From: Octopus sinensis
Taxonomy: Eukaryota
Assembly (NCBI RefSeq): GCF_006345805.1
Contig: NW_021832374.1
Coordinates: 124,001 to 188,000, forward strand
DNA length: 64,000 bases
Direction: 5' to 3'
The position numbers and the translations under genes are program-made. Below the pieces are notes generated by a model, which saw only the letters and a program-made list of their open reading frames with translations, had not been told where the DNA came from and did not search any database. Within the stretch, counting starts at the first letter, position 1. Every line of letters starts with the position of its first letter. Shown one piece after another: positions 1 to 12,440 of this stretch.

Positions 1-1962
1 TCATTATTATTAGACACACTTTCGCGATGCCTGCTCCATCTATTTTCTTTTGTGCTGTGGCTGAGATAGACATCCTGTTCCGCAGTGGAATAATTAATAG
101 ATTAGTACAGAATTAATGAACACGATAAGCTTAATGATTTTATAGCAAGTAGCAGATATCCATTTTAAGTTTCTTTTGACTATTTTGACCTTCTTTGGTC
201 TTTAATTAGGTGTACTAGCTTTAGATTTCAATTGTTGGCTATCAAATGCCCTGCGAGAAAGTTGCATAATTGTAGAAAATATCTAATTAAAATTTTTCTT
301 CTAAAATAGCCGCGATTTTTTGTTTAAAAAAATATTAAAAGCTCGTGGTATTATAGAGCTGCGCTTGAATATGGTACAAAGAATCAATACAAATTCTTGG
401 GAATTTAATTTTTATTAAAAAAACAAAGTTAAGTCTCTTTAGCTAAAATATTAGCTTTATAGTTGCCGCATTTTAGTATCTTACAAGTGTTAAAAAAATT
501 TCTTATAGACTACATAGTTGATTAATCTGATTAAATATTAAACCTTCAAAATATAAGTATTTTAATACTAAACCACATTTTTGTGTTAATAGTTCGCAAA
601 AACCCACAATTTCAAGGTCTATGATCTTTACCGCAAGTAAAGAAAGTCTGTAATTAAAATAAATTTTAATTTTGAATTTATAAAATTTTGAATAAATAAA
701 TGTCAAAATATTTCATTAAATAACTTTATCGATCCAATACATCTAGAAAATTAGTATTTAAATCAATTATCTCAATTGTTTCTTGAAAATTCCATTGTGG
801 AAATTTCCACTGTGGAAAATTCCAGCGTAAAAAATGAATATAAAAAGCCGACGGCGCGTCGTGCTTGTGTACTTGTCTAATGTCAGTGTCAGTTTGTGTT
901 TGTCGAAGAGGCTCTTTTGTTACAATCCTTTCTAATGATGAGAGGGTGCTTGAATTTGGTCTTTTTATTTTTTACTAGGAAAATAATGATCAGGTTGTCT
1001 ACGATGAAATGTTTGAGACTCCTGAGGAGGGAGTTTCTACACTTGTGAGACGCCTTTCGGATGCTGGATTCACTCAAACAAGCAATTTTGAATTCGAGAC
1101 AGATGCCCCAGACGATGAGATTGTCTCTGCTCTCACTGAGGGCACTGATTAAGTCTTCTTGTTTTGTTTCTAACTTGATTTGGTTTCTAAAATTTTTGGT
1201 TTTATTATTGGTTAGACAGTAAAATTGATTTTTCATTTTGGATAATTCCTTTGTTATTTAGTCGATAATTTATTTGGATGGTTTCACACTCGATTAAAAT
1301 TGATTCATGCTTTATAAATTTTTAAAAGCAATTTGTTTTGGGTAATGTCAAAATAACTATTTTGACCTACATTTTGTATTTATATGAATCAAGTTTACAT
1401 AACATTTAATTTTGAACATGTTTTATAATCAATTCTGTTAGCTTAGGGTTCAAAGAATATATTAAAGACCTAAGCGCTTACAACGATTTAAGCTCGAAAT
1501 TGGTATTAAAAATGTCAAACTTGAAATGAAAATGGTATAGACTATATAAAATATATATGGTATCGACAAGTTATTAATAATGATATAGATAAGTGAAAAC
1601 AATGATAAAACTAATTATTTAAAAAGAATTTAATGAAAAATTTTAGTATTAGAAATTAATGAATTTATGCATAAATAAATATTTATTATAGTACATAAAA
1701 TTATGATGAATATGAATTTAAAAATAATCTGAGGTTAACGATATGGAGTAACAAAATTGAGATTGGAGTGTTTTAAAATCATTTCTTCTTAAATATCAGA
1801 CCGATGACTGATGTGATCAAAGAAACGTGAGTTATCGATTTGAAAATCATTAATAAGTGCCTTCTGAGTAGAATAGAAAACGCTACTAAAATATTTCCTG
1901 GCTTCGGTCGTAGATTTTAGAATTTTTTAATTTAAAGAATATAAATAACTGTTTTCTTGTTA

Positions 1963-3613
1963 CAGTAAAACCTCTGGTGCTCGCCACCTCTGTTACTCGC
2001 CACCTCTATTGCTCGCCACATATTTTTCAAAAAATTAAAAATTTCTAGTAAATTTTGATAAATATTCTATTGCTCGCCATTTTCTAAATCTCGCCATTAA
2101 TTTTTAAAAATATTTTTTTTTGTTAAACTATTTTTTATATAAAATATTTCAACCACGCTAAATTTAACATGCGTAAGTGCACAAGATTGTCTTTTACTGA
2201 AAAACGTCGGATTATTGCGTACATGGAGGAGAACAAAAGTCTCACGATGGACCGTATAGCTTACATTTTTTCTTCTGTTTTGAAGAAAAAAATATCTCGA
2301 AGGGCTGTGAACGATTTAAGACTTGGAAAAGAGAAAATAATGTCTACTGATCCTATTTTCTCCAATAAGAAGAGATTATCTAACTTAACTTATTCTGTTA
2401 TTGACACCGAACTATTAACTTGGATGGAATACATTGAGCTTAGAGGGGAGTTTCTGGACGATAATTCAATTTTGTTGAAAGCAAAGAACATTGCTAATAT
2501 TTATGGAATTAAAGAGTTTAAAGCCAGCAATGGATGGCTAAGCAAGTTCAAGATACGGAACAACTTAAAATTGAGGTCTTTATATGGAGAATCAGGATCT
2601 GCTGCAGTTGATCAGAAACAAGAAAAAGATGCATTTACTTCTTTGATCTCTGCAAAGATTCAACAATATAATGCTGAAAACATTTATAAATATTTTTTTT
2701 GGTTAAACTATTTTTTATACGAAAAATTCTTTTAGTTGTGGATCGATGCCCATCCCATAAACTTTACGCTGATTTACAGTCAATTGAAGTTCTTTACCTA
2801 CCTTCGAAGACTACAACAATTCTACAACCAATGGATCAAGGAATCATTAGATCCTTCAAAGGACATTTTAATAAACTTAAATTTGAGTTAATGTTAGAAA
2901 AAATTGAAAATGGAGAAAATCCACTGGAAGCTCATAAAAAATAACCTTAAAAGACGGTCTTCTTTTTACATATTTTGTCTGGAAAAAAGTAACGACCAAA
3001 ACAACTACAAATTGTTTCGGACATTCAAAATGGATCGAATGTGAAAATCAACTCGAAAGACCAACTGTTGAAATTGATAATTATGATCAAATGGTAAATA
3101 TCTTGAAAATATTGGACCCGGTGGATAAAGATGATTTTATTAATCATGAATTTACCGAAATAGATGAAATTGAAGATTACCTTAATATTGCTGGAGATTC
3201 TTTTCCACACAAATATGACGATGAAGATACTCATAATGACGAATCTCATGTGACTTCAGAAGAGGCTTTGAAAATGTTGAAAAGAATAAAGTCATTCTTT
3301 TATCAAAATGAAAATTTTGATATAAATTCGTTGGAACTAATCGAAACCGTTATTAAAAATATGGCTGAATTAAAAAAAATTATTAAAGATTTTTTTAGTT
3401 AATTTTTTCCTTTTAATTTCTTTCGATTCTCTTTGTTTCTTTGCTCAAATATGACTTGAAAGACTCACTTATGATCGGAAAGTATCGAAAACGGAGATGT
3501 TTTCAAAATTTCAATGTCAACAAATTTATTGATTATTTCTATTGCTCGCCAAATTCTATTGCTCGCCATTTTTTCTTCGGTCCCGAAAATGGCGAGCACC
3601 AGAGGTTTTACTG
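1963..3613 (+). mobile_element. pogo/Tigger-family (Tc1-mariner superfamily) DNA transposon, internally deleted
   Basis: Perfect 24-bp TIRs CAGTAAAACCTCTGGTGCTCGCCA with TA on both sides (1961-62, 3614-15). Subterminal CTATTGCTCGCCA repeats. ORFs 2169-2735 (CENP-B-type HTH, FKASNGWLSKFK), 2699-2944 (VVDRCPSH, LQPMDQGIIRSFK) and 3091-3402. The segment holding the first catalytic Asp (YNxDETG) is missing. Confidence 0.95.
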
Positions 3614-4735
3614 TATTACTATTTATTAGTTTTCTCATGGGAGATCTGCAATGATATAAAAAAAATGTTGAAAATTGATTAATTTTCATTGATATTAATA
3701 GAATAAATTAAATTTAAACAATAATTTTTTTCAACAGGGTTTTTTAAAAAATTCTCCTTGAATGGAAATAATTGTACTTGATTGACAATTCATGAATAAA
3801 GAAGAGACTTAATGAGCTACTTAATTCACTTATTAATGAATAATTAAAATATATCAATAATTAAGTGTGTTTTAAAAGTTTTTATGATAATAAAATCAGG
3901 TTATGTATTGTTTCTCGTCCCTACAAAAATTCGATGTGGATTTTTTATGAAGACAATTGGTAGATTTTGGTATATTTTTAAAAATGTAAGGAAACCTTGA
4001 TGGGATGAATATTTTTTCATTTGAAAAAGAATGTCTTTGGTTTGAATATTTTTTCGACTACAATCTGTGTCTATTCATTTTCAAACTTTGGAATTTTTCC
4101 AATCGTGTCGAAGAAGTTGAAATAGACCAATATTTGGCAATCAAGAAAAAATGTTACTTTTAATCAACTTTTAGAACTTTAGTAACATTACAAAAATCAG
4201 ATTATTCAAATAAGTCAAAATTATCAAATTTGTTCTGCTAAAGGGGCAATTTGAGAATTTACTACATCAAAATTTCAAATTGCTTGCTTATCAGCTCATA
4301 TACATTAAAAAATGCTTTGTTTACCTAATAAATGATATTCATAAATTATTTTTCTGATTAGAGTGTATAAATAAAACTATGATCTGAAAACCAGTATTTG
4401 GGGTAAACAAAACCGATACTTTCAATATTATGACATGATAAATCAAAAAAATTAGAGGTCACAATTTTAGTCATTTCTCTTCATCTTTAAGGTGCTTCCC
4501 GAAGCTTTTGAGGTCCTAGGCAAACACAACCGGGAATTTTGGCCTTAATCGGCCTCTGAGTGTAATCTTCCAAAGAAAAGTAATCCTCCATAGTCGAGTC
4601 TTGGATCTTCTATTATCAATCCGGCATGCTTTAGGTAATTAGGGGCCGCACTTGAGAATCACTGATCCAGATTATAGATTTGATCAGGCTTATACAATTT
4701 AGTAATTTTCTTAAATTCTTGACGAAAATAAACTA

Positions 4736-6212
4736 CACCCCCTCGACATAAATATTGGTGAATCTTCAACTTACTTCATTCATACAAAGAATGATTTAAT
4801 TTTTTCTTCAGATATATTTTAAAATCTGATAAAATTGATAAAAATTAATTTAATTATTTAAATTGAAATTTTGTCTAAGAAATTTGGAAAAAACAACGAC
4901 TTTCATTGGCATAAAATTTGGTTATTGTGAGATTAATATGTAGAATAACCTCCTTTTGCCGAATAGATCTCCCAACATTTTTTTTTCATTGACTCAACTA
5001 ATTTTTCAAGTGTTTTTGATGGAATAGATTCCAAATATCTAATAGATTTTCCTTCAGTGCCTGAATGTTCTCATTTTTCTTTGCCTAATTTGAACCTTCA
5101 TATAAGCCCACAAATGCTCTATCGGATTTAATCCGGAGATTGCGAAGGCCATTCTAATTTTTTAATATTTTTCGCGAAAATATTGAATAATCATTTTTGA
5201 TGTATGGCAGGGAGCGTTGTCTTGTTGAAAAATATAGTCAACAATCCTATTTTTGTACAGAAAATGGCAAAATATTGGTCAAAATAGATTGATATTTGCA
5301 GAATTAAGCGTTTTGTCTATAAATACCAAATCGCCTACCCCATGATAGGAAAAACAACCCACACCATGACTTTCCTAATTTTTTATTACATCATAATTTA
5401 CCTTTTCAAATTTGACAGTTGGAGTAATATTTAGGATTTATTTATTTTAAATTTTTTCTATACACAATTTTTCTTTTTTGGGTAGTGATAATTAAAAAAT
5501 ACATTCATCAGGAAAAATTATTGATCTAAAATAATGGTCTGAAATTTAAAGAAATTTTTTGAATCTGGAAACCATGTGTTTTTTTGTTAGAAGTGGTTTT
5601 TTCTTTGCAATTCTTCCGAAAATTCCATTTTTATTTAAATTTCGTATTATGGTTCGAGACGAGACACGTGTTCCAGAAAACTTTTCTATTTCATTAGAGA
5701 GTTCAGAAGCAGTTAAAGATGAATTTTCCTCTGATGTGCGTACCAAATGATTAATTTGCACATTATTCAAAATTGATAGTCTTCCAGAACCATGTTGGCG
5801 GTCATATGATCCAGTTTTATTGTATTTCTTGATAAATTTACGACTGTTGAATATGGAACACGGTTTCTTTAGAAATTTTAATATATGACATATTTAAGTC
5901 GTATAGCGCAATTATTTTCCCTTTCATAAACGAATCGAGAGTATTATATCTAAAATATTTTTTTATTAAGATCAATCTCTAAATACTAGCATAATTTGAC
6001 GGTTTAAATTTTATAACCAATTTTTATGTCACTAACCTAATTGCCGACATGCTTTAATTTCTTGCAATATTAAAATTTAAATCTATTTTAATTATAAATA
6101 CAAAATAAATATTATTTTAGAAGATCTAAAGGATCTTAAAGTATGAATTTATTCGTTTTTAAATGAAAAAAAGCAGGAAAGATTAAATAACCAAATTTTT
6201 TGTCGAGGGGTG
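4736..6212 (-). mobile_element. Degenerate Tc1-family transposon
   Basis: Imperfect TIRs CACCCC(C)TCGACA flanked by TA (4734-35, 6213-14). Minus strand gives HTH ORF 5546-5770 and frameshifted DD34E motifs VMVWGCFS, YIFQQDNAPCHTS, WPSQSPDLNPIEHLW. Confidence 0.9.
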
Positions 6213-6398
6213 TACTTTCTCAGTCGAATTCTTTGTGTAATTTTAGCATTCTAAAATCATGCCTCCTTTTGATTTTCCAGAAACCCGTTAGAATTTTAAA
6301 ATTATCAAGTTGTAACTCTTCGGCAAATGTAGATCTTCCTTGTCTTTTATAATTGGTGTTGTATTATGAAGAGTGAAAAAATTGTGACCTACAAACAA

Positions 6399-6470
6399 GG
6401 TCCTGTAGTGTAGTGGTTATCACATCGGACTCTGAATCCGGTAACCCGAGTTCGAATCTCGGCAGGACCT
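6399..6470 (+). tRNA. tRNA-Gln (anticodon CTG)
   Basis: 72-nt cloverleaf: acceptor GGTCCTG/CAGGACC, anticodon arm TCGGA-CTCTGAA-TCCGG, T-arm GAGTTCGAATCTC, followed by a T-run Pol III terminator. Confidence 0.97.
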
Positions 6471-6565
6471 TTTTTTGAATTTTTTGTATTTTTTATGGTT
6501 TATTGTCAGATTACAAAAAATATTTAAAACAACATTTACTTGTAATAATAAATTTTTTTTTATTT

Positions 6566-6650
6566 TCGAGAAGACGGAGAGAGCCTCGGGAGAAGCAATG
6601 GTTGTTCCAAAGAATATCCATTGCGATCCTGAGGGGCAACGTCTTCTCGA
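6566..6650 (+). other. GC-rich long imperfect hairpin, candidate structured ncRNA
   Basis: Nested stems TCGAGAAGACG/CGTCTTCTCGA (11 bp), CCTCGGGA/TCCTGAGG (8 bp), GCAATGG/CCATTGC (7 bp), TGTTC/GAATA (5 bp) around a CAAA loop. 44 of 85 nt are G+C in very AT-rich flanks. Confidence 0.45.
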
Positions 6651-6877
6651 TCATCAGCAGCTTAAGATTATGATAATCATTTTCACTCAATTTATTTAAA
6701 TGAAAAAAATTTTGGAAAATTATATGGATGAAAGAAAAAAATAAAAACTATTTTTTTAATTTTGTAACTGAAGCTGAAGAGTTTTAATCGATTCGACACT
6801 CTCAGATTAAATTGAATATAATCAATTGATTTTTTATTAATGTGAATTAATTTCATTACTAATAAACGAATATAACT

Positions 6878-8650
6878 TGTCACAGTCCGAATAAAATACA
6901 CGCCGAATAATTACATTCTTTAATTTTACTGAAATTAAAAATTTACACAACAAAATGTTTAATTATTAAAAATATGATTTTTAATGTAAAATTCATTAAC
7001 CTTTTTTACTAATTTATATAAACAAAACCAACCACACTCAATTTACGCAGTTAACTTATACGTTTGAATATTGTTATTCCATTTTAGGTTATCCTAATAA
7101 ATTTTCATATAAAATTTATCGTTAATTTAAATAAAAAATTATTTTATTATGGATTTATGAAAATTAATCAATTTTCTAATCGAGAAATATGATTCCGTGT
7201 AACCGCTCACCGTCCTCCTTTTCGATAACATAGAGATCATTTCTTCGCTCGACAACAATATACTTATTAACATCAAGTCCATCGTACAGCGGATACTGCG
7301 AACATTGGCATCGTTGTCCTGTCTAAAAATTAATTTGACGCTTGAGACCTTAAAGCACAGTCGTTCCGACATTGATATTTTCTTCGTCGTATCTCCATTC
7401 TTTTTTCAATCATTTTTTCGCCAGCAATAATTAAGTTTTCTAATGCACTTTCTCGTGCCTCTGATAATCCAGTTGAATCATAGGCTAAAAGTTGCTCCAT
7501 TCCCCCTTCATCAATCCTTCCAGGATTTTCAACACCCATGAATATATAAAAAGGGATTTTTTTTGTCGAAGAATGAATGCTGTTATTGTAATCATACACG
7601 ATGTCCTTTATGCATTCGCGATATCGTCCAAAACAATTTTGAGAAGAACTTGCCGACGATATCCAGCGTTTTATGCTTTGATTAAATCTACAAATCGATT
7701 TTAAATCATTAACCTTTCGACTTGCCCTTGTACCCAAGGAGCACGAGGCCTCCCACGTACATGTTTATACCATATTTCGTACATAGAGCATCATTTGCGG
7801 AATTGCAAAATTCCCTTCCATTATCAGTGTGTAGAATAAGCGGAGGCCCGACATAATAAAAAATCTTTGGAATAAATCTGCGATTTCTTCAGAAGATTTG
7901 GTCACCGACAGTTCAAGCATTACATATTTGGAAAAAGAATCCACAATTACCAAAATCTATTTATTAACATTAAATTCATACCCAGCTAAAGCCATCATTC
8001 AACGCCGAATATCTTCTGAGGTCAATTAAATCCGCAATGTATCTGTCCCTACATCTCCTTGCAATGATTGGCGTAATCGGAGGCTTCGTAGACAATAATT
8101 TTTTCGACTAAGATATTTACTAAAAGGAGTTATTCCTGACAGAAAGCACAATTCGAAATCACCTTAGAGATTTCTTCTCTATTCAATCCCTAATAGAGAT
8201 TTCTTAATTTCGAAAAAAGCGGTCTCTCCAAAGTGGTTATAGTTATGTTCCGCCTAATTTTATTTATTAAGTTGGACCTCAACGCACTTAAGCTTTAATT
8301 CGATTTCATCTTCACAGAAAAAACGCAATTTAAGCCCATTTTTTCGAAAATATGTTTTTCCATTTTCAAAATGGAAATTCTTTCCAATTTGTGAGCCTGT
8401 ATCGCTCATGCCGCTCGATTGACGATGTATCAAAGTTGGAGTCTTCATTTCTTTGATTTTGTCAGTTTTCCTTAAATAATCTCACTACACGCATGTTTCA
8501 CGCTTTTTTAAATAAAAAATAATAATGTGATTCTACTAAAATAAATAATCAATTATTGATTTTTTTCATACTAATTTTTAGATTTCTAATTTTTTCAGCC
8601 ATTGTGACAAGTGTAGATTATTCGGCGTGTATTTTATTCGGACTGTCACA
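6878..8650 (-). mobile_element. Ginger-type (integrase-encoding, TIR-bounded) DNA transposon, degenerate
   Basis: About 34-bp TIRs TGT(C/G)ACAGTCCGAATAAAATACACGCCGAATAAT with TG...CA ends and a near 4-bp TSD (TAAC/AACT, 1-nt offset). Minus strand has remnants of the H2C2 finger, rve core (RYIADLIDL, IVDSFSKY, TDNGREF) and YNNSIHSST. Confidence 0.8.
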
Positions 8651-8757
8651 TAACTTTTTATAATTTTTTTTTTTTTTTTTAATAATTGTTTCTAATAAAA
8701 AATTAGCAGATTAAAAACGGATTATCATTTTCAAACGTTTTACTTTTAATGCATTCA

Positions 8758-8960
8758 TACCTGCTGCTTCATTCCCCTGGCTTTCGAGACCAGTGGGATA
8801 ATTGGACCCAAAGCCCTCAAACTCCTCTCAGAGATTGGTTTAATCATCTCGTGGAGGAGTCACGACAGTCGTGAAACGAGCTGGCTTTTTCAGCGGATAT
8901 CGTTCGCGATATTACGTGGAAATTGCCTGTCCATCCGCTCGGCGACTGATCTAAATTAGT
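8758..8960 (+). mobile_element. CRE-clade non-LTR retrotransposon 3' fragment
   Basis: Translates to FIPLAFETSGIIGPKALKLL...RETSWLFQRISFAILRGNCLSI, homologous to the C-terminus of ORF 61364-61957. Confidence 0.8.
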
Positions 8961-9429
8961 TAACTTCTCTATTTTACTTGTTACTTAAAATTGTTATGTA
9001 ATTATTAAAAAAATGCATTCATTATGTAATATTTCAAAGTTTCGAAAAACTGTTTAAGTAAAAATGTCTTGTCAAGAAAAAATAAAGTTATGTAAAAACT
9101 TGTTTAAAATGTGAATGAAAGAAAGGAAAATATGTTAAATACCATATTAAATGCAGTAAATCTTTTTAAGCAATGAATAAATTTCGATTTGATTTGAATA
9201 GATACGTACGAAAATTCTCAGCAATCTAACTCTACGATTGCTACTTTCGCTGTCTCTCTTAACTATTGTAAATATAATTCTTATTCTCAAAAGTATAAAT
9301 TTGCAAATATAATTTTCATTCTCATGGTAAAGAAAAAGGATAGTCAAAACTAATTATTTATCAATTGAACTAATTAATGCGTCCTCTCACTCGATTCTCC
9401 TCCTTTTTGAGCTAAAGCCAATCTCTTCG

Positions 9430-10318
9430 ATGGGCACACTCATCCATCTCACAGGGTTGGCCTCTTCTGTGGTCGTTCTCAAGTTTGACTCAATGGCCTC
9501 ACTCGGCAGAGCCTCTTCCGTTGTTCCATTTGGCATTCTTCTGGAGGGATCATTCCAAATTTGTGTTCTACACGCATACTCTCCAATGTTTTCTGATAAC
9601 CACCGACTGAATGTAAGCTCGTGTAAGTTCTTCCAAAACCAATAGTATTGCAGTGATGTTTATAGTATTTACTCACAACACCATCCCACGTTTTTTGAGA
9701 GGTGATTCTAATCTCTATAAGCGTGATTGTGTTCCTTATTTTGTCAAGTACAAAGATATCCGGCTTGTTATTCTCAACCTTCTTATCCGTATTAATTGTC
9801 GTTTGTCAACACCAATCTCCACAGAGTTATTCGCAACCACAGATTGAACAGAGTGGGTTTTCAATTTCTTAGATTTTTGATTCATACTCCCTGTATAGAT
9901 GTAGATGTACACATTTCACTACTTCGTTGTGTCGTCGTAAATAGTCACTATTCAGCATTCGACCACACCTCGTTGCTAAGTGGTCAACAGTCTTTTGGAA
10001 GAGTTACAGTGGCTGAAAATTGCCCCCAACATTGTCGAAAAATAAATTACGGTCTTTGGATCTTGGTGAGTTATTTCCATGTGATAACCAATGAGAAGAT
10101 TCTGCAACGTCGACATTGGAATCATTCAAACAATCAAAGAGAATTGCATGTAATGGTTTTTTCATTATTTGCTTAATTAAGCTGTTCTTCTGCAATTCTC
10201 TCAGTATGTTCAAATCAAGGCTTCCAATATCTTGGATGTTGTATTTGCGCTTGAGGTATTCAGCAATTGTGGCCAAATGTGTTCTCTTTGAATTAAAGAA
10301 AAAGGATAATCTTCTCAT
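9430..10318 (-). mobile_element. Degenerate R4/NeSL-like non-LTR retrotransposon (restriction-like endonuclease type), 3' part
   Basis: Frameshifted motifs SSHWLSHGN, DRNLFF, KTVDHLATRCGRMLNSDYLRRHNEVVKCVH, RAYIQSVV. Same family as 14343-14850. Confidence 0.75.
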
Positions 10319-10319
10319 G

Positions 10320-12440
10320 GTTAATGCTTGCGCAAAAGCACAAAAGCAAGCTCCAGTTAAATCAAAAAATTTTTCTGAACCTATGAAACCTCAAAACCCA
10401 CTGAAACTCAAAAACCTATTGAACCTAAAAAACCTTTTCAGCGAAAAACTGAGCCTGACACCTAAAACCTTTGCTACATCCTCACTATCAAAAACCCAGC
10501 AAGATCAAGAAGTTTAACCTCATGTCAAAATCGCTAACTGCTCGAAAGCTCGGATAACTTTGCAGAAATCCGGCCTCTTTAATCTAAAATAGAGGATGCA
10601 AGTAATTTCGAAAGGTACACTCGTAATGGAGCTAACATACCGGTTGGAAAACTCACTCTGGACTCCAAAGTCAAGGTTAACACCCTCATCCGCTTTAAAA
10701 CTACTGCGGTTTTTAGTCATATCCGTTGCGAATGGCACAAGCCCGACTACGAGATGCTTCCGATGGTACCAGCTTGGACACGAAAAAATTTAGATGCCTC
10801 CTCTGCGGTGACAAACACAGGCACCTTGCGTGCTACGGTGGATGCCCGTTTGCCAAAGCTGCAACACCAGCCTCAAGGACTGCAAAAAACCCTTTGGCCA
10901 AAAGCCCAGTCCGCTGGGTAAAAGCCAAACGCACTGAGTCAGTCTGAACAAAAGGGCTATCAACGAGTTCGTCCAAAGCCGATGTGTGCATTCAGACTTT
11001 GATTCCGACAACATCACGAAGTCAAACACTAACGATCTTCATAGCGCGATATTTGACCGCTGTCCGTTGTAAGAAGGCAGACGCCCTCCGTGACAAAGTC
11101 CTGCCATAACGAGGTGCCCACTCGGAGCAGGACCTATACAACATAGATGCCCTAATGAATTTTATCGCCGCTGTGTAGGAGCCCTGACTAAACCTGGAGT
11201 AGAAATGGAGATGCTGCAAAAGCTCCTGCTAGAAGGGAGCAAATCAGCAACATAGTCCCCTTAAAAATCATCGCTATGAATGCCCGATCTACTAAAAAAC
11301 GGCATCACAACTTCGTTAAGATGGTAAACAGCGCCCATCCTGATATTATTGTCGTCAACGACTTAAAGCTCTAAAAAAATCAGTCGTATGAACTCCGAGG
11401 TCCAGATGATCAAGAAACCTGAAAGCCTACGAATCGAGCTGTTAGCTACCGTCCAATAAGCCTTATCCCAATTATCTCAAGGCTAATGAAAAAAATCATG
11501 GCAAAGCGCCTTGATTTCCTGGCCAAAGAGAAAAACGTTCTGCTCACGCAGTAATGGGGTTTCCGCTCGGAACGGGAGCTGCAGTGACCTTTTCCTGACG
11601 ATGCAGTTCTCAGTTTTGAGAGCAATGGAATTCAAAGAAATTCTATCTTTTGTATTCTTAGACATCTCGAAGGCTTTCGACAGGGTTTGGCACCGAGATC
11701 TGCTGGAAAGGATCCAACTTTGTGAACCACTGGGAGAGGTCTTTCTTTGGCTACAGTGCTTCCTCTCAAACCGTTACTCTTTCGTTTCAGAATCGGCTAT
11801 CACTCCAGGAACATCAAACTCCTCAAGGGGATGCCGCAATGGTCCTGCCTTAGTCCGTTTCTCTTCAATTTGGTAATGAACAGTTTCCCTTTGCCCTCAG
11901 ACCCCCGGACAACTCTGATTTTATACTTTGTAACTTCAGTATTACTTACACTCCGATCTCCTCTCAAACTTTGAGTAATCTACAAATATTGTCATTGAAT
12001 CAATTCTCAATGGGAACTCTGCCGGGTTAGATCTCTGGCTGTACTGACTTAGGTCACGGGTTCGAGTCCGTCCCCTTTTCATCCGTCTGAAGGTTCCACG
12101 CATCTCTAAAGGCCCGTCATCAGTAAAAACTTACTGCGGAACTGGATTGTCTATCTTGGACCCACACACAAAAAAAGAAAAAAAGTAAAGATCATTCTAC
12201 AGCCCTACTTAGGATTAGCTAAAAATAAACTCTACTTAAAATAAAGTGTGTGTCCTGCCTGTGCGGAGCTATAAAATAATATGGTTCTCCGGAAAAGGGT
12301 ATAAAAAAACTGACAAGATTGACTGGAGCTAGATAGCTTACCGGTGCGGTTTAGAGGAACTGAATTTGTTTGTCTGCAAAATTTTTCGAAAACTTAAAAA
12401 AATGCGTTAGAGCGGCTGGAAAAACTCTCAGGTGCATATT
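10320..12440 (+). mobile_element. Degenerate APE-type LINE (Jockey/I-like): gag-like ORF1 and deleted ORF2
   Basis: CCHC-like knuckles (RCFRWYQLGH, CLLCGDKHRHLAC), endonuclease start (KIIAMNARS) and RT motifs (FLDISKAFDRVWH, KGMPQWSCLSPFLFN). Many stops and frameshifts; boundaries approximate. Confidence 0.75.
12021..12190 (+). mobile_element. Possible tRNA-derived SINE nested in the LINE
   Basis: tRNA-like 5' end GCCGGGTTAG, degenerate A box, B box GGTTCGAGTCC (12059-12069), unrelated body and A-rich tail. No full cloverleaf and no TSD seen. Confidence 0.45.

Noticed and set aside
4640-4664. hAT-like terminus GGGGCCGCACTTGAGAATCACTG
   Set aside because: No partner TIR or TSD found nearby; too short to call an element.
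6566-6660. SECIS element
   Set aside because: ATGA and GA are out of register by 2 nt, the apical region is about 60 nt, and no selenoprotein gene is adjacent.
6540-6665. Hammerhead ribozyme on the minus strand (CTGATGA...long stem...GAAA)
   Set aside because: Two extra nucleotides (TC) follow CTGATGA, and no stem I can be formed with either flank, so the core match looks coincidental.
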